DNA from: Macrostomum lignano
Taxonomy: Eukaryota
NCBI GenBank assembly: GCA_002269645.1
Contig: NIVC01002646.1
Location: 62,001-126,000, forward strand
Direction: 5' to 3'
DNA: 64,000 nucleotides
Of the stretch, positions 24,701-60,246 are shown piece by piece; within the stretch, counting starts at the first letter, position 1, and every line of letters begins with the position of its first letter. Both the position numbers and the translations under genes were made by a program. Under the pieces are notes generated by a model. That model ran no database searches. It saw only the letters and a list, made by a program, of their open reading frames with translations, and was not told the DNA's origin.

Positions 24701-27700
24701 CGGAAAGAGAAGGCCTCTAAAGAGATCAATGAGCTTTCGGCGGTCACTGAAAAAGAATCCAATTGGCCAGTTAGCGAGCTCACAGCCGAGCAGAACACCA
24801 ATCGTCGAGTCCGTTTATTGAAGCACTTTCTCAAAGTGGCACAGTACTGTCGTCAATTGAACAATCTCAATACCTTGATGAGCCTGACTCTTGGCCTAGC
24901 AAAGAGTCAGAACTCTCAGCTCAATCCTGCGTGGGAAAAATTGCCTAAGAAATATCGAGACATTTGGAAGTCTTTAGAAAAACTAACTGATATCCGGATG
25001 AATCACTCTAGCTACCGGCAGCTTTTTAAATCCGATAAATTCCAAGCTCCGGCCATACCTTACCTGCCTATACTGTGCAAAGATTTAACTGCTATTCGCG
25101 AGTGCAATGAACAGATGAAGGATGGTCTAGTAAACTTTGAGAAGCTGCGACTGCTGGCTAGAGAGGTAAGTTTGTAATCTTGTGTGTCTTTCAGTGACTT
25201 CTATGTGAAACTTCAGGGGATTGCTGTACCCTCTCTGAAACTTCAGGGGATTGCTGTACCCTCTCTGAAACTTCAGGGGATTGCTGTACCCTCTCTGAAA
25301 CTTCAGGGGATTGCTGTACCCTCTCTGAAACTTCAGGGGATTGCTGTACCCTCTCTGAAGCTTCAAGAGGTTGCTATATCCTCTCTGAAACCTCAAGACG
25401 TTGCTATACCCTCTCTGAAACTTCAGGGGGTTGTTGTTATACCCTCTCTGAAGCTTCAAGATGTTGCTATACCCTCTCTGAAACTTCAGGGGGTTGTTAT
25501 ACCCTCTCTGAAACTCAAGGGGTTGCTATACCCTCTCTGAAACTCAAGGGGTTGCTATACCCTCTCTGAAACTTCAAGAGGTTGCTATACCCTCTTTGAA
25601 ACTTCAGGGGATTGCTATACTCCCTCTGAAACTTCAGGGGGTTGCTATACCCTCTCTGAAACTTCAGGGGGTTGCTATACCCTCTTTGAAATTTCAGGGG
25701 GTTGCTATACCCTCTCTGAAACTTCAGAGGGTTGCTATACCCTCTCTGAAACTTCAGAGGGTTGCTATACCCTCTCTGAAACTTCAGTGGGTTGCTATAC
25801 CCTCTCTGAAACTTCAGGGGGTTGCTATACCCTCTCTGAAACTTCAGGGGGTTGCTATACTCTCTCTGAAACTTCAGGGGGTTGCTATACCCTCTCTGGA
25901 ACTTCAAGAGGTTGCTATACCCTCTCTGAAACTTCAGGGGGTTGCTATACCCTCTCTGAAACTTCAGGGGGTTGCTATACCCTCTCTGAAACTTCAAGAG
26001 GTTGCTATACCCTCTTTGAAACTTCAGGGGGTTGCTATACCCTCTCTGAAACTTCAGGGGGTTGCTATACCCTCTCTGAAACTTCAGGGGGTTGCTATAC
26101 CCTCTCTGAAACTTCAAGAGGTTGCTATACCCTCTCTGAAACTTCAGGGGGTTGCTATACCCTCTCTGAAACTTCAGGGGGTTGCTATACCCTCTCTGAA
26201 ACTTCAAGAGGTTGCTATACCCTCTCTGAAACTTCAGGGGGTTGCTATACCCTCTCTGAAACTTCAAGAGGTTGCTATACCCTCTTTGAAACTTCAGGGG
26301 GTTGCTATACTCCCTCTGAAACTTCAGGGGGTTGCTATACCCTCTCTGAAACTTTAAGAGGTTGCTATACCCTCTCTGAAACTTCAGGGGGTTGCTATAC
26401 CCTCTCTGAAACTTCAGGGGGTTGCTATACTCCCTCTGAAACTTCATGGGTTTGCTGTACCCTCTCTAAATCTTAAGTTGGTTGCTGTACCCTCTCTGAA
26501 TCTTCAGGAGGTTGCTATACCCTCTACAACCATTTGAAACCATATTTTTACACTTAGGTGCGCGGCTTCTGCCACTATGCGCAGGCCAGCTATGAAGGTC
26601 ACACCTGGCGGCAAGGTGGGCATCATCAGGGCTCCGCCTCAGCTTCCACGGCGGCCACTCTGCATCTTGCTGGCGCCCCAAATGCCTCCGTGCCGCCACC
26701 GCTTCGACGGGCCGGCAGCAGCTCCGCCCTGACCGTCGGCTCCGGCTCAGGGAAGCGCCGCTCCGCCGCGGTGGCCGCTCTGACCAAGAAGCTTCACGAC
26801 GAGACCATCGCCGAGAAGAAGCTGGCCGAGTACGTGTCCCGGCTCCGGCTGACATCGGCTGAATCAGACGGAGGCCCGATCTCCCAGTGTCCCGATGTGG
26901 CCTCCACTGCTGGGACTAAGTTTAACACTACTAACGATGCCCAGTTTAATAAGCTCATGTCGCTTAGCGAGGGCCGCAAGCCGGCCAAGCATCAGCACAT
27001 TCCTGCTGCTGTGCCCGCCGCTGTCGTGGCCGGCGCCGCCGCGCCTGCGGCCAGACCGCCTCTGCCGCCGCCCTATCAACAGGTCAGTTTATATCATATC
27101 TATCTCTGTCGCCCTCCCAGATCCCCAGTTGCTGGGCCAGCCTCCCAGACCCCCAGTTGCTGGGCCAGCCTCCCAGATCCTCAGTTGCTGGGCCAATAGC
27201 CTCCCAGATCCTCAGTTGCTGGGCCATCAACCTCCCAGTGTCAGTCGCTGGGCCAGCCTCCCAGATCACCAGTTGCTGGGCCAGCCTCCCAGATCCTCAG
27301 TTGCTGGGCCACCAACCTCCCAGATCCTCAGTTGCTGGGCCACCAACCTCCCAGATCCTCAGTTGCTGGCCCAGCCTTCCAGAGTGTCAGTCGCTGGGCC
27401 AGCCTCCCAGATCCTCAGTTGCTGGGCCAGCCTCCCAGATCCTCAGTCCCCAGTTGCTGGGCCAGCCTCCCAGATCCCCAGTTGCTGGGCCAGCCTCCCA
27501 AATCCTCAGTTGCTTGGACAGCCGCCCAGATCCTCAGTTGCTAGGCCAGCCTCCGGATCCTCAGTTGCTGGGCCAGCCTCTCAGATCCTCAGTTGCTGGG
27601 CCAGCCTCTCAGATCCTCAGTTGCTGGACCAGCCTCCCAGATTCTCAATCCTGACCCATGGCAAGCTTATTTCACTTTCCACAGGTGATGCAGCAACGGC

Positions 27701-30700
27701 AGCATCTCAGCGGCGTCCAGCAGCTCCCAGCCTCCCCATCGCCTTCCTCATCCTCATCGTCGGTGGCTTCGCCTGCGCCTCCGCCGCCGCCGCCACCCCG
27801 AAGCGAGACCACCGTGGCCACCGTTGGCCGCCCATTGGCGCCGCCGCCCTACCACCAGGCCGTTGCTAGGCGAGGTGAGTCATAATTGAATTTATTCTTA
27901 TTATAAGCGCAAATCATAGTTTTTATGCTTGTTGTTCACGTATTGCTGAAATGCTTTGTATGTTATTCACGCTTCTTTATGTGGTTGGTTGTTATGTTAT
28001 CACTGGGAGCACTTTTTATTAATTCGGAGGGAATGTATTGATTTTCCAGATTTGTACTTCTTTGTAGGTTTTATTATGATTTGCTCAATTTCAATTCGCA
28101 ATCTTTTGGTCAGGTGCCTCTTGTAATCTGCTTCTTGCTATCTACCCTTCCTATCTACTTTCCAATCTACCCTTCCAATCTACTTTCCTATCTACCCTTC
28201 CTATCTACCCTTCCTATCTACCTTTCCTATCTACCCTTCCTATCTACCCTTCCTATCTACCCTTCCTATCTACCCTTCCTATCTACCCTTCCTATCTACT
28301 TACCTATCTACCCTTCCTATCTACCCTTCCTATCTACCCTTCCTATCTACTTACCTATCTACCCTTCCTATCTACCCTTCCTATCTACCCTTCCTATCTA
28401 CCCTTCCTATCTACCCTTCCTATCTACCCTTCCTATCTACCCTTCCTATCTACCCTTCCTATCTACCATTCCCATCTACCCTTCCTATCTACTTTTCCGA
28501 TCTACTTTTCCTATCTACCCTTCCAATCTACTTTCCTATCTACCCTTCCAATCTACTTTTCTATCTACCCTTCCAATCTATTTTTCCTATCTATATCTTC
28601 AATCTACTTTCTTTAACCCTATGCCCTTCTTTTTAAGCTTCTTTGCCACTGATTTTTGTCAATAATGCTTTAAATTCATTGACATCTTGTTAATTAGAAT
28701 TTTATTTATAATTTATTAAGTTGATGTGTATTTTTCTCGAATCTCAGTGCTGATATTTATTACAATTATCAGTAGAGGTTTCGGACTTAGTAACTGTTTG
28801 TTATATTTAACCCACGCACCACTGTCCCATGATTACATAAGTTAATAAATAAAGATAATCCCTAATCCGGAATACAAAACTTTAACAGATTATTAACAAT
28901 TATTTATTATAAAGTTTTGCCGTTGTGTGATAACATTTGTCACAATTTGTTGATTTTAATAAATCAATCAATTATATCTTTCCCGATTGTAAAATGATTA
29001 AATCCTCTACCGAAAACAAAATCACTTTATTTAATAAGCCAATCGTATTTGTGCAGTTCCTTTACCTTGCCGTTTTTTTCTTAGAATCTCTCGGATAGAA
29101 TGACTAAAAATTCCTACAAATTGAACAAGGTATATTTGTTTAACTATACTGCAATAACTCATGTTTAATAGTAATATATAACTTAACTATATTTCATTAA
29201 CCTGCGAAACCAGCAAGCCAATGTCTTTGGCAGCTTAATAATGTTATAATATCAATGCATAACAAAGTTATTTTTGTTTTTTTGACCATTATCTATAAAA
29301 CGACATTTTTTTGGTTTGTTTGAGCTAATCTGCAGTAGTTCGGTCTGGCTTTTAACTCATGGTGTGCTGGAAATTAACAATGAATGACAGCGTCAAATTG
29401 AAGTGCAAAACTTTATAATGCCCGTCAAAATTATTCCAAGGTCATTTTAAGCTTTATCACTTCGCACTATCTCATTTATGGGTCATTGTTGGTTGCGTCA
29501 CTTCACATCCTCTCTCATTTATGAGTCATTGTTGGTTGCATAACTTAACACCCTCTCTCATTTTTTGAGTCATTGTTGGTTGCATCACTTCACATCCTTT
29601 CTCATTTATGAGTCATTGTTGGTTGCATCACTTCTCACCCTCTCTCATTTATGAGTCATTGTTGGTTGCATAACTTAACACCCTCTCTCATTTTTTGAGT
29701 CATTGTTGGTTGCATCACTTCACATCCTTTCTCATTTATGAGTCATTGTTGGTTGCATCACTTCTCACCCTCTCTCATTTATGAGTCATTGTTTTTTGCA
29801 TCACTTCACACCCTCTCATTTATGGGTCATTGTTAGTTGCATCACTTTACACCCTCTCATTTATGGGTCATTGTTGGTTGCGTCACTTCATACCCTCTCA
29901 TTTATGAGTCATTGTTGGTTGCATCACTTCACATCCTCTCTCATTTATGAGTCATTGTTGGTTGCACCACTTCACATCCTCTCTCATTTATGAGTCATTG
30001 TTGGTTGCATCACTTTACACCCTCTCATTTACGGGTCATTGTTGGTTGCGTCACTTCATACCCTCTCATTTATGAGTCATTGTTGGTTGCATCACTTCTC
30101 ACCCTCTATCATTTATGAGTCATTGTTAGTTGCATCACTTCATACCCTCTCATTTATGAGTCATTGTTAGTTGCATCACTTCATACTTTCTCATTTATAA
30201 GTCATTGTTGGTTGCATCACTTTAAACCCTCTTAATGTCTTTGTCAAGCAAGCTATTTACATTTAAACTTACATTGAAGGTCATTTTCATGCGTTCTGAA
30301 CTAGCATTTCCTCTTGTGCACAAACGGCAGTTTTGCTATACTAATTCACACAGCTCAGTTTTTGTAGTAAACTTCTCTATTTCTAATTAAAAGTTTTGTT
30401 TGTGACCGCATTAAAAAAACATCATTTAAAACAACAGTGTTCACAACTTGGCTGTAAGAATGTGGTCACCCAGCATTGGTAACTAACTGGAATCCATATT
30501 TTCATGTACTTTAAAAGTTAAATCATTCTTCAGATGTAGTTGAAATTTTAGTGCAAACAAAAATAATGTAATTTTGCACTTTCTAATACTCTGACTAATA
30601 GAACTATTAGTAGTGTGTTACACAACTTTTAGTTGACTTTTTTGAATGATCTGAAAAGCAAATTTATTTGAGAAAGCATGAAAAATTACTGAATGCTATT

Positions 30701-30869
30701 AAACATTTTAATATTCTTACTAACTTTTTATTTCTATAGTTTTTATAAGTTTCTATATTGTTTGTTTCTTCATTTAATTTCCATTTCAGCTGACACCACA
30801 GAGGCCGGAAGTCAGCACTCGACGGTCAGGCAGCAATGCAACGATGATGAGTTAATTACTTTTGTGTAA
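13629..30869 (+). CDS. RAPGEF2: Rap guanine nucleotide exchange factor, PDZ-GEF (RAPGEF2/6 family), ~1273 aa
   Basis: Exons 13629-13697, 15070-15200, 15289-15372, 17935-18010, 18337-18522, 18964-19557, 20398-21069, 22065-22721, 24608-25165, 26558-27082, 27685-27874, 30790-30869 (3822 nt, all GT-AG, in phase). Domains: cNMP-like (CWYILLSG; LDSWSVIVDG), REM (DFLLTYRTF, WTNNHFNDF), PDZ, RA, RasGEF (GLVNFEKLR), C-terminal ITFV*. RAPGEF2 vs 6 cannot be resolved. Confidence 0.92.
13990..14640. repeat. C/T-rich minisatellite, ~34-bp unit (RAPGEF intron 1)
   Basis: TCTACCCTATTGTCTTTCCGCCCCCTCTACCATAT-like units. Confidence 0.9.
15420..16630. repeat. Purine-rich minisatellite, ~21-22 bp (RAPGEF intron 3)
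   Basis: GGGGCGGAGAGGGAGAGGATA units; G4-prone on the + strand. Confidence 0.95.
17385..17897. repeat. 34-bp minisatellite
   Basis: AAAAAGATTCCCCTCTCAGAAGAATCGCCCCTAC units. Confidence 0.95.
18625..18795. repeat. (TGTC)n microsatellite
   Basis: Direct reading. Confidence 0.95.
19600..19725. repeat. 23-bp minisatellite, ~5 copies
   Basis: TTGAGATTTCTAAGTGTCTCACC units. Confidence 0.9.
19735..20357 (+). repeat. 28-bp minisatellite family X, array 1
   Basis: CAGTTGCTGGGCCAGCCTCCCAGATCCT units. Confidence 0.95.
21130..21922. repeat. ~21-bp minisatellite
   Basis: AAACTATGGGTGCCATTTTT units. Confidence 0.95.
22795..23195. repeat. 20-bp minisatellite
   Basis: TTTACATGAATATTAGCCAA units. Confidence 0.9.
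23965..24435. repeat. GA-rich low-complexity/minisatellite
   Basis: GGAGATAGGAGAGTTA-like units. Confidence 0.9.
25204..26525. repeat. 30-bp minisatellite, ~44 copies
   Basis: CTCTCTGAAACTTCAGGGGGTTGCTATACC units. Confidence 0.95.
27112..27645 (+). repeat. 28-bp family X, array 2
   Basis: Same unit as 19735-20357. Confidence 0.95.
28138..28605. repeat. 13-bp minisatellite
   Basis: TCTACCCTTCCTA units. Confidence 0.95.
29465..30225. repeat. ~41-43-bp minisatellite
   Basis: GAGTCATTGTTGGTTGCATCACTTCACACCCTCTCATTTAT units. Confidence 0.95.
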
Positions 30870-30954
30870 CATTCTGCGTGTGATATAGCTTTGTATTTGC
30901 TTGGCCCTTCTGGTAGCTTGCTTTTGCTTGCTTTCACTGTGTTCGCTGTTTGCA

Positions 30955-32005
30955 AGATCCTCATCAGTTGCTGGGCCAGCCTCTCATATCCTCAGTTGCT
31001 GGGCCAGCCTCCCAGATCCTCAGTCGCTGGGCCAGCCTCTCAGATCCTCAGTTGCTGGGCCAGCCTTTCAGATCCTCAGTTGCTGGGCCAGCCTCCCAGA
31101 TCCTCATCAGTCGCTGAGCCAGCCTCCCAGATCCTCATCAGTCGCTGGGCCAGCCTCCCAGATCCTCAGTTGCTGGGCCAGCCTCCCAGATCCTCATCAG
31201 TCGCTGGGCCAGCCTCCCAGATCCTCAGTTGCTGGGCCAGCCTCCCAGATCCTCAGTTGCTAGGCCAGCCTCCCAGATCCTCAGTTGCTGGGCCAGCCTT
31301 CCAGATCCTCATCAGTCGCTGGGCCAGCCTCTCAGATCCTCAGTTGCTGGGCCAGCCTCCCACATCCTCAGTTGCTGTGTCAGCCTCCCAGATCCTCATC
31401 AGTTGCTGGGCCAGCCTCCCAGATCCTCAGTTGCTGGGCCAGCCTCTCAGATCCTCATCAGTTGCTGGGCCAGCCTCTCAGATCCTCATCAGTTGCTGGG
31501 CCAGCCTCCCAGATCCTCAGTTGCTGGGCCAGCCTTTCGATCCTCATCAGTTGCTGGGCCAGCCTCTCAGATCCTCAGTTGCTGGGCCAGCCTCCCAGAT
31601 CCTCAGTTGCTGGGCCAGCCTCCCCGATCCTCATCAGTTGCTGGGCCAGCCTCTCAGATCCTCAGTTGCTGGGCCAGCCTCCCAGGTCCTCAGTTGCTGG
31701 GCCAGCCTCCCCGATCCTCATCAGTTGCTGGGCCAGCCTCTCAGATCCTCAGTTGCTGGGCCAGCCTCCCAGATCCTCAATTGCTGGGCCAGCCTCCCAG
31801 ATCCTCAGTTGCTGGGCCAGCCTCCCAGATTCTCAGTTGCTGGGCCAGCCTCCCAGATCCTCAATTGCTGGGCCAGCCTCCCAGATCCTCAGTTGCTGGG
31901 CCAGCCTCCCAGATCCTCAGTTGCTGGGCCAGCCTCCCAGATTCTCAATTGCTGGGCCAGCCTCTCAGATCCTCAGTTGCTGGGCCAGCCAGCCTCCCAG
32001 ATTCT
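30955..32005 (+). repeat. 28-bp family X, array 3 (just after RAPGEF stop)
   Basis: Same unit, with CAT insertions. Confidence 0.95.
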
Positions 32006-32954
32006 CATAGGTACACCTAATGGCATAGTATCAAGGAAGCAGTTTATTCAGCGATTCCACTAAATATTTCATGTACAAGTTTCATCTCAAGTATGCAAAG
32101 AATTCAACCCTGCTTACTGTGTGCTTGCCACCAATAACGGTTCACACACTGTTGGACCTCGATAATGATTCACATGAGCTGTTATATCATAAGCTAGCCA
32201 TTCATTCTCTGTCTACAAACTGTGCATTATCCAAAAAGTCTGAATTATATACGAGCGTAGTAGTTATTTCTAAGTTTAAAACAAAAATCAATTTTAACTG
32301 AAATCGGTTATGCTCACCTTTGCCGGCTGTGTTAACCTTTAATTCTGTCTACTTATTTATTAATTAATAATACGCCTTATTTATTAACATTTTTCTACAA
32401 ACTACACTTGTTTGTCCTTTTAGCCAACCAGAAAATGTTTTAACATTATTTCTTAATTCTCCACGCAAACTTGGCGCATGAAATTTGGAAATCAAGCCTT
32501 ATATAATTTAATTTCAAGCTTACCTGTATAACTACTAATTACTTTGCTCTATATACTTAGATAAGTAGAAATGGCTGCTTATTTTTGTTTGAATTTTCTT
32601 GTTTTTAATTACAAGTAGAAATTAAAAATATGTAATGATATTCCATGCGCGCGCTTCTGCAGGTACAAATTATTGAATTGCTGTTTTGTCTGTCTAGAAT
32701 TGTTTGTTTGTGTGTTGCATAAATTGCTTATTTTCTGTTTGTTGTTGTATATCTCTGTTTAATTGCTACTTCTACCGATTGTATATTGTATTGTAAATGT
32801 AAAAATAATTTAAATATAACTGAGAGTTGTGAACGCTTTATGCAGACCGTTTATGTATAAATAATAATTCTTGATTGTTTGTTGTCTATTTGTCTCTAAA
32901 TTAATTCACCTTGTATGTATCTTTTGATTTCCGTCCTTCCATGTACCTAAATAT

Positions 32955-33315
32955 AGCCCTTTGGGATTCTCCTTGCCTTATATCCAACCTCTGGGATTCC
33001 CCTTGCCTTTATCCTACCCTCTGGGATTCCCCTTGCCTTTATCCTACTTTCTGGGATTCCCCTTGCCTTTATCCTTCTCTCTGGGATTCCCCTTGCCTTT
33101 ATCCTACCCTCTGGGATTCCCTTTGCCTTTATCCTACTCTCTGGGATTCCCCTTGCCTTTATCCTTCTCTCTGGGATTCCCCTTGCCTTTATCCTACTCT
33201 CTGGGATTCTCCTTGTCTTTATCCTATGGGATTCCCCTTGTCTTTCTCGTACTCTCTGGGATTCCCCTTGCCTTTATCCTACTCTCTGGGATTCCCCTTG
33301 CCTTTATCCTACTCT
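32955..33315. repeat. 30-bp minisatellite between convergent genes
   Basis: CTGGGATTCCCCTTGCCTTTATCCTACTCT units. Confidence 0.9.
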
Positions 33316-33868
33316 CTATTCATTCTCTCTTCATTATCCTACCTCTTCATAATCTCCTCTCGATTAAATCTACCATAATCCGGTATGTTATGAAGCTATG
33401 CAATTATATAACTACATCTGGGATTTGTGCAGAAAATCGAATTAACTTTTCTAGTCATTCTACTTAAAGTAAAAACCCGATGAAGTCGAAATTGTTTTTT
33501 AAGACACACCTCTGATACGGGACTAAAATATATTTTAGAAGTACGTAGTTTAGTAAAGATTATAAATTTATGCTTGTGGTTCCCGGAATGTAGGATTTAA
33601 TTCAGTGAGATTTAACTAAAAGCTACATTACAGTAAGATTTAAATTAACATTATCGTATAGAGTCTGGTAAAATAATCAGATCTGGTTAGTATAAGCAGG
33701 ACTACAAGAACTGACATATAGTTACTTCTTAAGATTCTTCACAATGACACATTGTAATACAAGTTTATAATATGCCTACTAGGATACTAGATTCTGACCG
33801 CATGACCTTCTCTATACTTGTCCGAAAAACTAAATAAACTTGGAAACTGTTGTCATGGTTACGAGCTG

Positions 33869-56138
<22,270 letters not shown>

Positions 56139-56319
56139 TGCGCAGCACTTGGTGCTGTCTTAAAATTTTCTGTCTTATATAAAATATTGAAGTCTCTATT
56201 TAAAATTATGCCTACAGTCTTAGTTATGAAGATTTTTATCACGCATTTATGGACTGTAGCCGAACTGATAGATGTTTTTCTGCCGGCATCTGCCTTTGGA
56301 TTAGCTTGTACATGTCCGG

Positions 56320-56400
56320 ATTATCCAATAGGGACTAGATGGAGAATGCTGCAGATTTTCACAGCCAGTTTCTATTGGATCTGGATGGGCATCCAATATG
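56320..56400. promoter_or_regulatory. Putative bidirectional promoter region for PLCB and NIPSNAP
   Basis: CCAAT/ATTGG motifs at ~56325, ~56374 and ~56393, between the PLCB ATG exon (-) and a + strand donor CGA|GTAAGA at ~56532. Confidence 0.35.
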
Positions 56401-56544
56401 TTACCAGTTTCTGTTGCTAAATTGCTTGTCATTCCAAGAAATCGCACATTCCTCTTACTACTCAGTTTTCAGTAGTTGTGTTCAATTAAAATCGGTGCAA
56501 ACTTGCGTCTTAGGTCTACCGTAGGATTCGAGTAAGAAACCCGA

Positions 56545-57675
56545 ACACTGACTAACACCTGACAAATACTGACCAACACCAATGACAAACACTGACCAAC
56601 ACCTGACAAAAACTGACCAACACCTGACAAATACTGACCAACACCTGACAAACACTGACCAACACCAATGACAAACACTGACCAACACCTGACAAAAACT
56701 GACCAACACTTGACAAATACTGACCAACACCTGACAAACACTGACTAACACCTGACAAACACTGACCAACATCTGAAAAACACTGACCAACACCTGAAAA
56801 ACACTGACCAACACCTGACAAACACTGACCAACACCTGACAAACACTGACCAACAACACCTGACAAACACTGACCAACACCTGACAAACACTGACCAACA
56901 CCTGACAAACACTGACCAACAACTGGAAAACACTGACCAACATCTGACAAACACTGACCAACACCTGACAAACACTGACCAACACCTGACAAACACTGAC
57001 CAACATCTGAAAAACACTGACCAACACCTGAAAAACACTGACCAACATCTGAAAAACACTGACCAACACCTGAAAAACACTGACCAACACCTGAAAAACA
57101 CTGACCAACAACTGGAAAACACTGACCAACACCTGACAAACACTGACCAACACCTGACAAACACTGACCAACAACTGGAAAACACTGACCAACATCTGAC
57201 AAACACTGACCAACACCTGACAAACACTGACCAACACCTGACAAACACTGACCAACACCTGAAAAACACTGACCAACATCTGACAAACACTGACCAACAC
57301 CTGACAAACACTGACCAACACCTGACAAACACTGACCAACAACACCTGACAAACACTGACCAACACCTGACAAACACTGACCAACAACACCTGACAAACA
57401 CTGACCAACATCTGACAAACACTGACCAACATCTGACAAATACTGACAGAACACCTGACAAACACTGACCAACACCTGAAAAACACTGACCAACACCTGA
57501 CAAACACTGACCAACATCTGACAAATACTGACCAACAACTGACAAAAACTGACCAACACCTGACAAACACTGACCAACACCTGACAAACATTGTCCAACA
57601 CCTGACAAACACTGACCAATACCTGAAAAACACTGACCAACACCTGACAAACACTGTCTTACACCTGACCAACAC
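56545..57675. repeat. 21-bp minisatellite
   Basis: ACCAACACCTGACAAACACTG units. Confidence 0.95.
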
Positions 57676-57992
57676 TTGGTCAACAACACATTCAGTATAG
57701 ACACTTTGTTCTTAACTTACAGCACCTAATTCTTGACTCTTATAGCACTTGATAGCACAAGTCCCTAAAGTACGGTCGTAAGAACAGAACTGCATATTTA
57801 CATAAGACGAACACTCTGCATACATTCATTGTAGGTATTGGCTTGGCAGGAAAGAATTAGAGTCAATAGCTGTCTGCCCCAGTCAACTCTGTACAAGTGG
57901 GTGAATATATTAGGGGACTAATCTTCAAGCCTTCTTATTACAAAATACCTGAATTATATTCTGATTTTTTATTCAAGTCAAAAGAAGAAAAA

Positions 57993-60208
57993 ATGTCAAG
58001 CCCCAAAGTGTACGAATTTCGTTACTACCAAATTGCTGCAAGATTTGTCGTCCAGTTCAAGCAATTGGCAGCTCAGCATGTGCCGCACAGGGCGAGACGG
58101 TCGAGGCTCGTTGGAATCTGGATGACCGAGCTTGGGGCACTCAATCATGTGCTGCACGTCTGGGAGTACGGTATGCTGCACTTCTGAGGTCAATGGGTGC
58201 TGGGAGGGGTCAGTGGGTGCTGGAAGGGGTCAGTGGGTGTTGGAAGGGGTCAGTGGGTGTTGGAAAGGGTCAGTGGGTGCTGGAAGGGGTCAGTGGGTGT
58301 TGGAAGGGGTCAGTGGGTGTTGGAAAGGGTCAGTGGGTGCTGGAAGGGATCAGTGGGTGCTGGAAGGGGTCAGTGGGTGTTGGAAGGGGTCAGTGGGTGT
58401 TGGAAAGGGTCAGTGGGTGCTGGAAGGGGTCAGTGGGTGTTGGAAGGGGTCAGTGGGTGTTGGATAGGGTCAGTGGGTGCTGGAAGGGGTCAGTGCAGGT
58501 GCTGGAAGGGGTCAGTGGGTGTTGGAAGGGGTCAGTGGGTGTTGGAAGGGGTCAGAGGGTGCTAGAAGGGGGATTGGTGTGCTAGAAGGGGACAGGTGTG
58601 CTAGATAGGGGGGACAGGTGAGCTAGATAGGGGGAACAGGTGTGCTAGATAGGGGGACAGGTGTGCTAGAAGGGGGACAGGTGTGCTAGATAGGGGGGAT
58701 AGGTGTGCTAGGAAGGGGACAGGTGTGCTAGAAGGGGGACAGGTGTGCTAGATAGGGGGGGACAGGTGTGCTAGCTAGGGGGGACAGGTGTGCTAAATAG
58801 GGGGGACAGGTGTGCTAGATAGGGGGGACAGGTGTGCTAGATAGGGGGGACAGGTGTGCTAGATAGGTGAGACATGAGTGCTAGATAGGGGGACAGGTGT
58901 GCTAGAATGGGGACAAGTGCAACACAAAGTGTTATGCTTGTCCCCAAGAAGAGTGAAGACGCACTATAATCAAACACAATACATTTGTTCCATGCTCTTG
59001 CAGAATCCCTGGCTCACCGCAAGTCCGTGAGAGACGAGATGTACACGGACACTGAGTGGACGGAATTTCTCGGCCAAGTTGGCCCAATGTTTCAAATGAT
59101 GGACAACTGGCTCTGCCGCTGTGTGGCTGGCGATGCCAGCAGCCGGTGGCCTGACAAAGGTGAGAAGTAGAGAGGAAGGGGAGCACAAATGTCATGGTCC
59201 CAAAACTTCATGAGGGCAGGTTTATGATCCCAAACTTTATGATCCCCTAACTTCATGATCCCCAAACTTCCTGATCCCCAAACTTCCTGATCCCCAAACT
59301 TCCTGATCCCCAAACTTCATGATCCCCAAACTTCATGATCCCCAAACTTCATGATTCCCAAGCTTCATGATTCCCAAACTTCATGATCCCCAAACTTCAT
59401 GATCCCCAAACTTATAATGATCCCCAAACTTCATGATCCCCCAACTTCATGATCCCCAAACTTCATGATCCCCAAACTTCATGATTCCCAAGCTTCATGA
59501 TTCCCAAACTTCATGATCCCCAAACTTCATGATCTCCAAACTTCATCATGCCCAAACTTCAGGATGCCCAAACTTCAGGATTCCCAAACTTAATGATTCC
59601 CAAACTTCATGATTCCCAAACTTCATGATTCCCAAACTTCATGATTCCCAAACTTCACGATCCCCAAACTTTATGATTCCCAAACCTTATGATCACAAAA
59701 CTTCATGATCCCCAAACTTAACAATCCCCAAACTTCATGATCCCCAATTTTCACAGATTTCATTAAATGCTAATTAAATTGTCACCTAATTATAAAATGC
59801 AGAGTTCTACCAGCTCAGCACACTGAAATTTGCACCAATCGAGTCAGCAAAGACTGCTGCGACCGACTGCATCGAAGTCTGCAGCCAACGACCCGGCTTC
59901 AAGGCCGCCTTTGAAAGCCTGGTTGGAAAGGCGAACAGGCGTGAGATGGCTGGAGATTCTCTGCCTCCAAAGCACCCACTGCTTCCCTCAGCAACCCGTG
60001 CTATTTTATAGCACAAAAATCTATACAATGCTCTCATTTAATTGATTTTTTACTTCTTCCGCTTCTAAAACCCGCAGTCTATGTCGTGGAGTCGGCCGCC
60101 GATCCTGACGACTTTCTGAGCCAAACAAACCTGTTGGAAAAATCGGCTGGCGTTGCTATGGAAACCAAGATATTGACACCGCTACCATGGAGCGAGTGGC
60201 AGAGCTGA
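57993..60208 (+). CDS. NIPSNAP3: NIPSNAP family protein (NIPSNAP3-like), 200 aa
   Basis: Exons 57993-58170, 59004-59159, 59803-59940, 60078-60208 (603 nt). VYEFRYY...LVGIWMTELGALNHVLHVWEY-ESLAHRKSVR; second repeat FYQL...GKANRLYVV; ends LTPLPWSEWQS*. An upstream exon is possible. Confidence 0.85.
58193..58565. repeat. 20-bp G-rich minisatellite
   Basis: GGAAGGGGTCAGTGGGTGTT units. Confidence 0.95.
58575..58915. repeat. ~21-bp minisatellite
   Basis: GGGGGACAGGTGTGCTAGATA units. Confidence 0.9.
59195..59750. repeat. 16-bp minisatellite
   Basis: CCCCAAACTTCATGAT units. Confidence 0.95.
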
Positions 60209-60246
60209 CAAATTTTATGTAAATAATATTTATCAATCTATCTATA

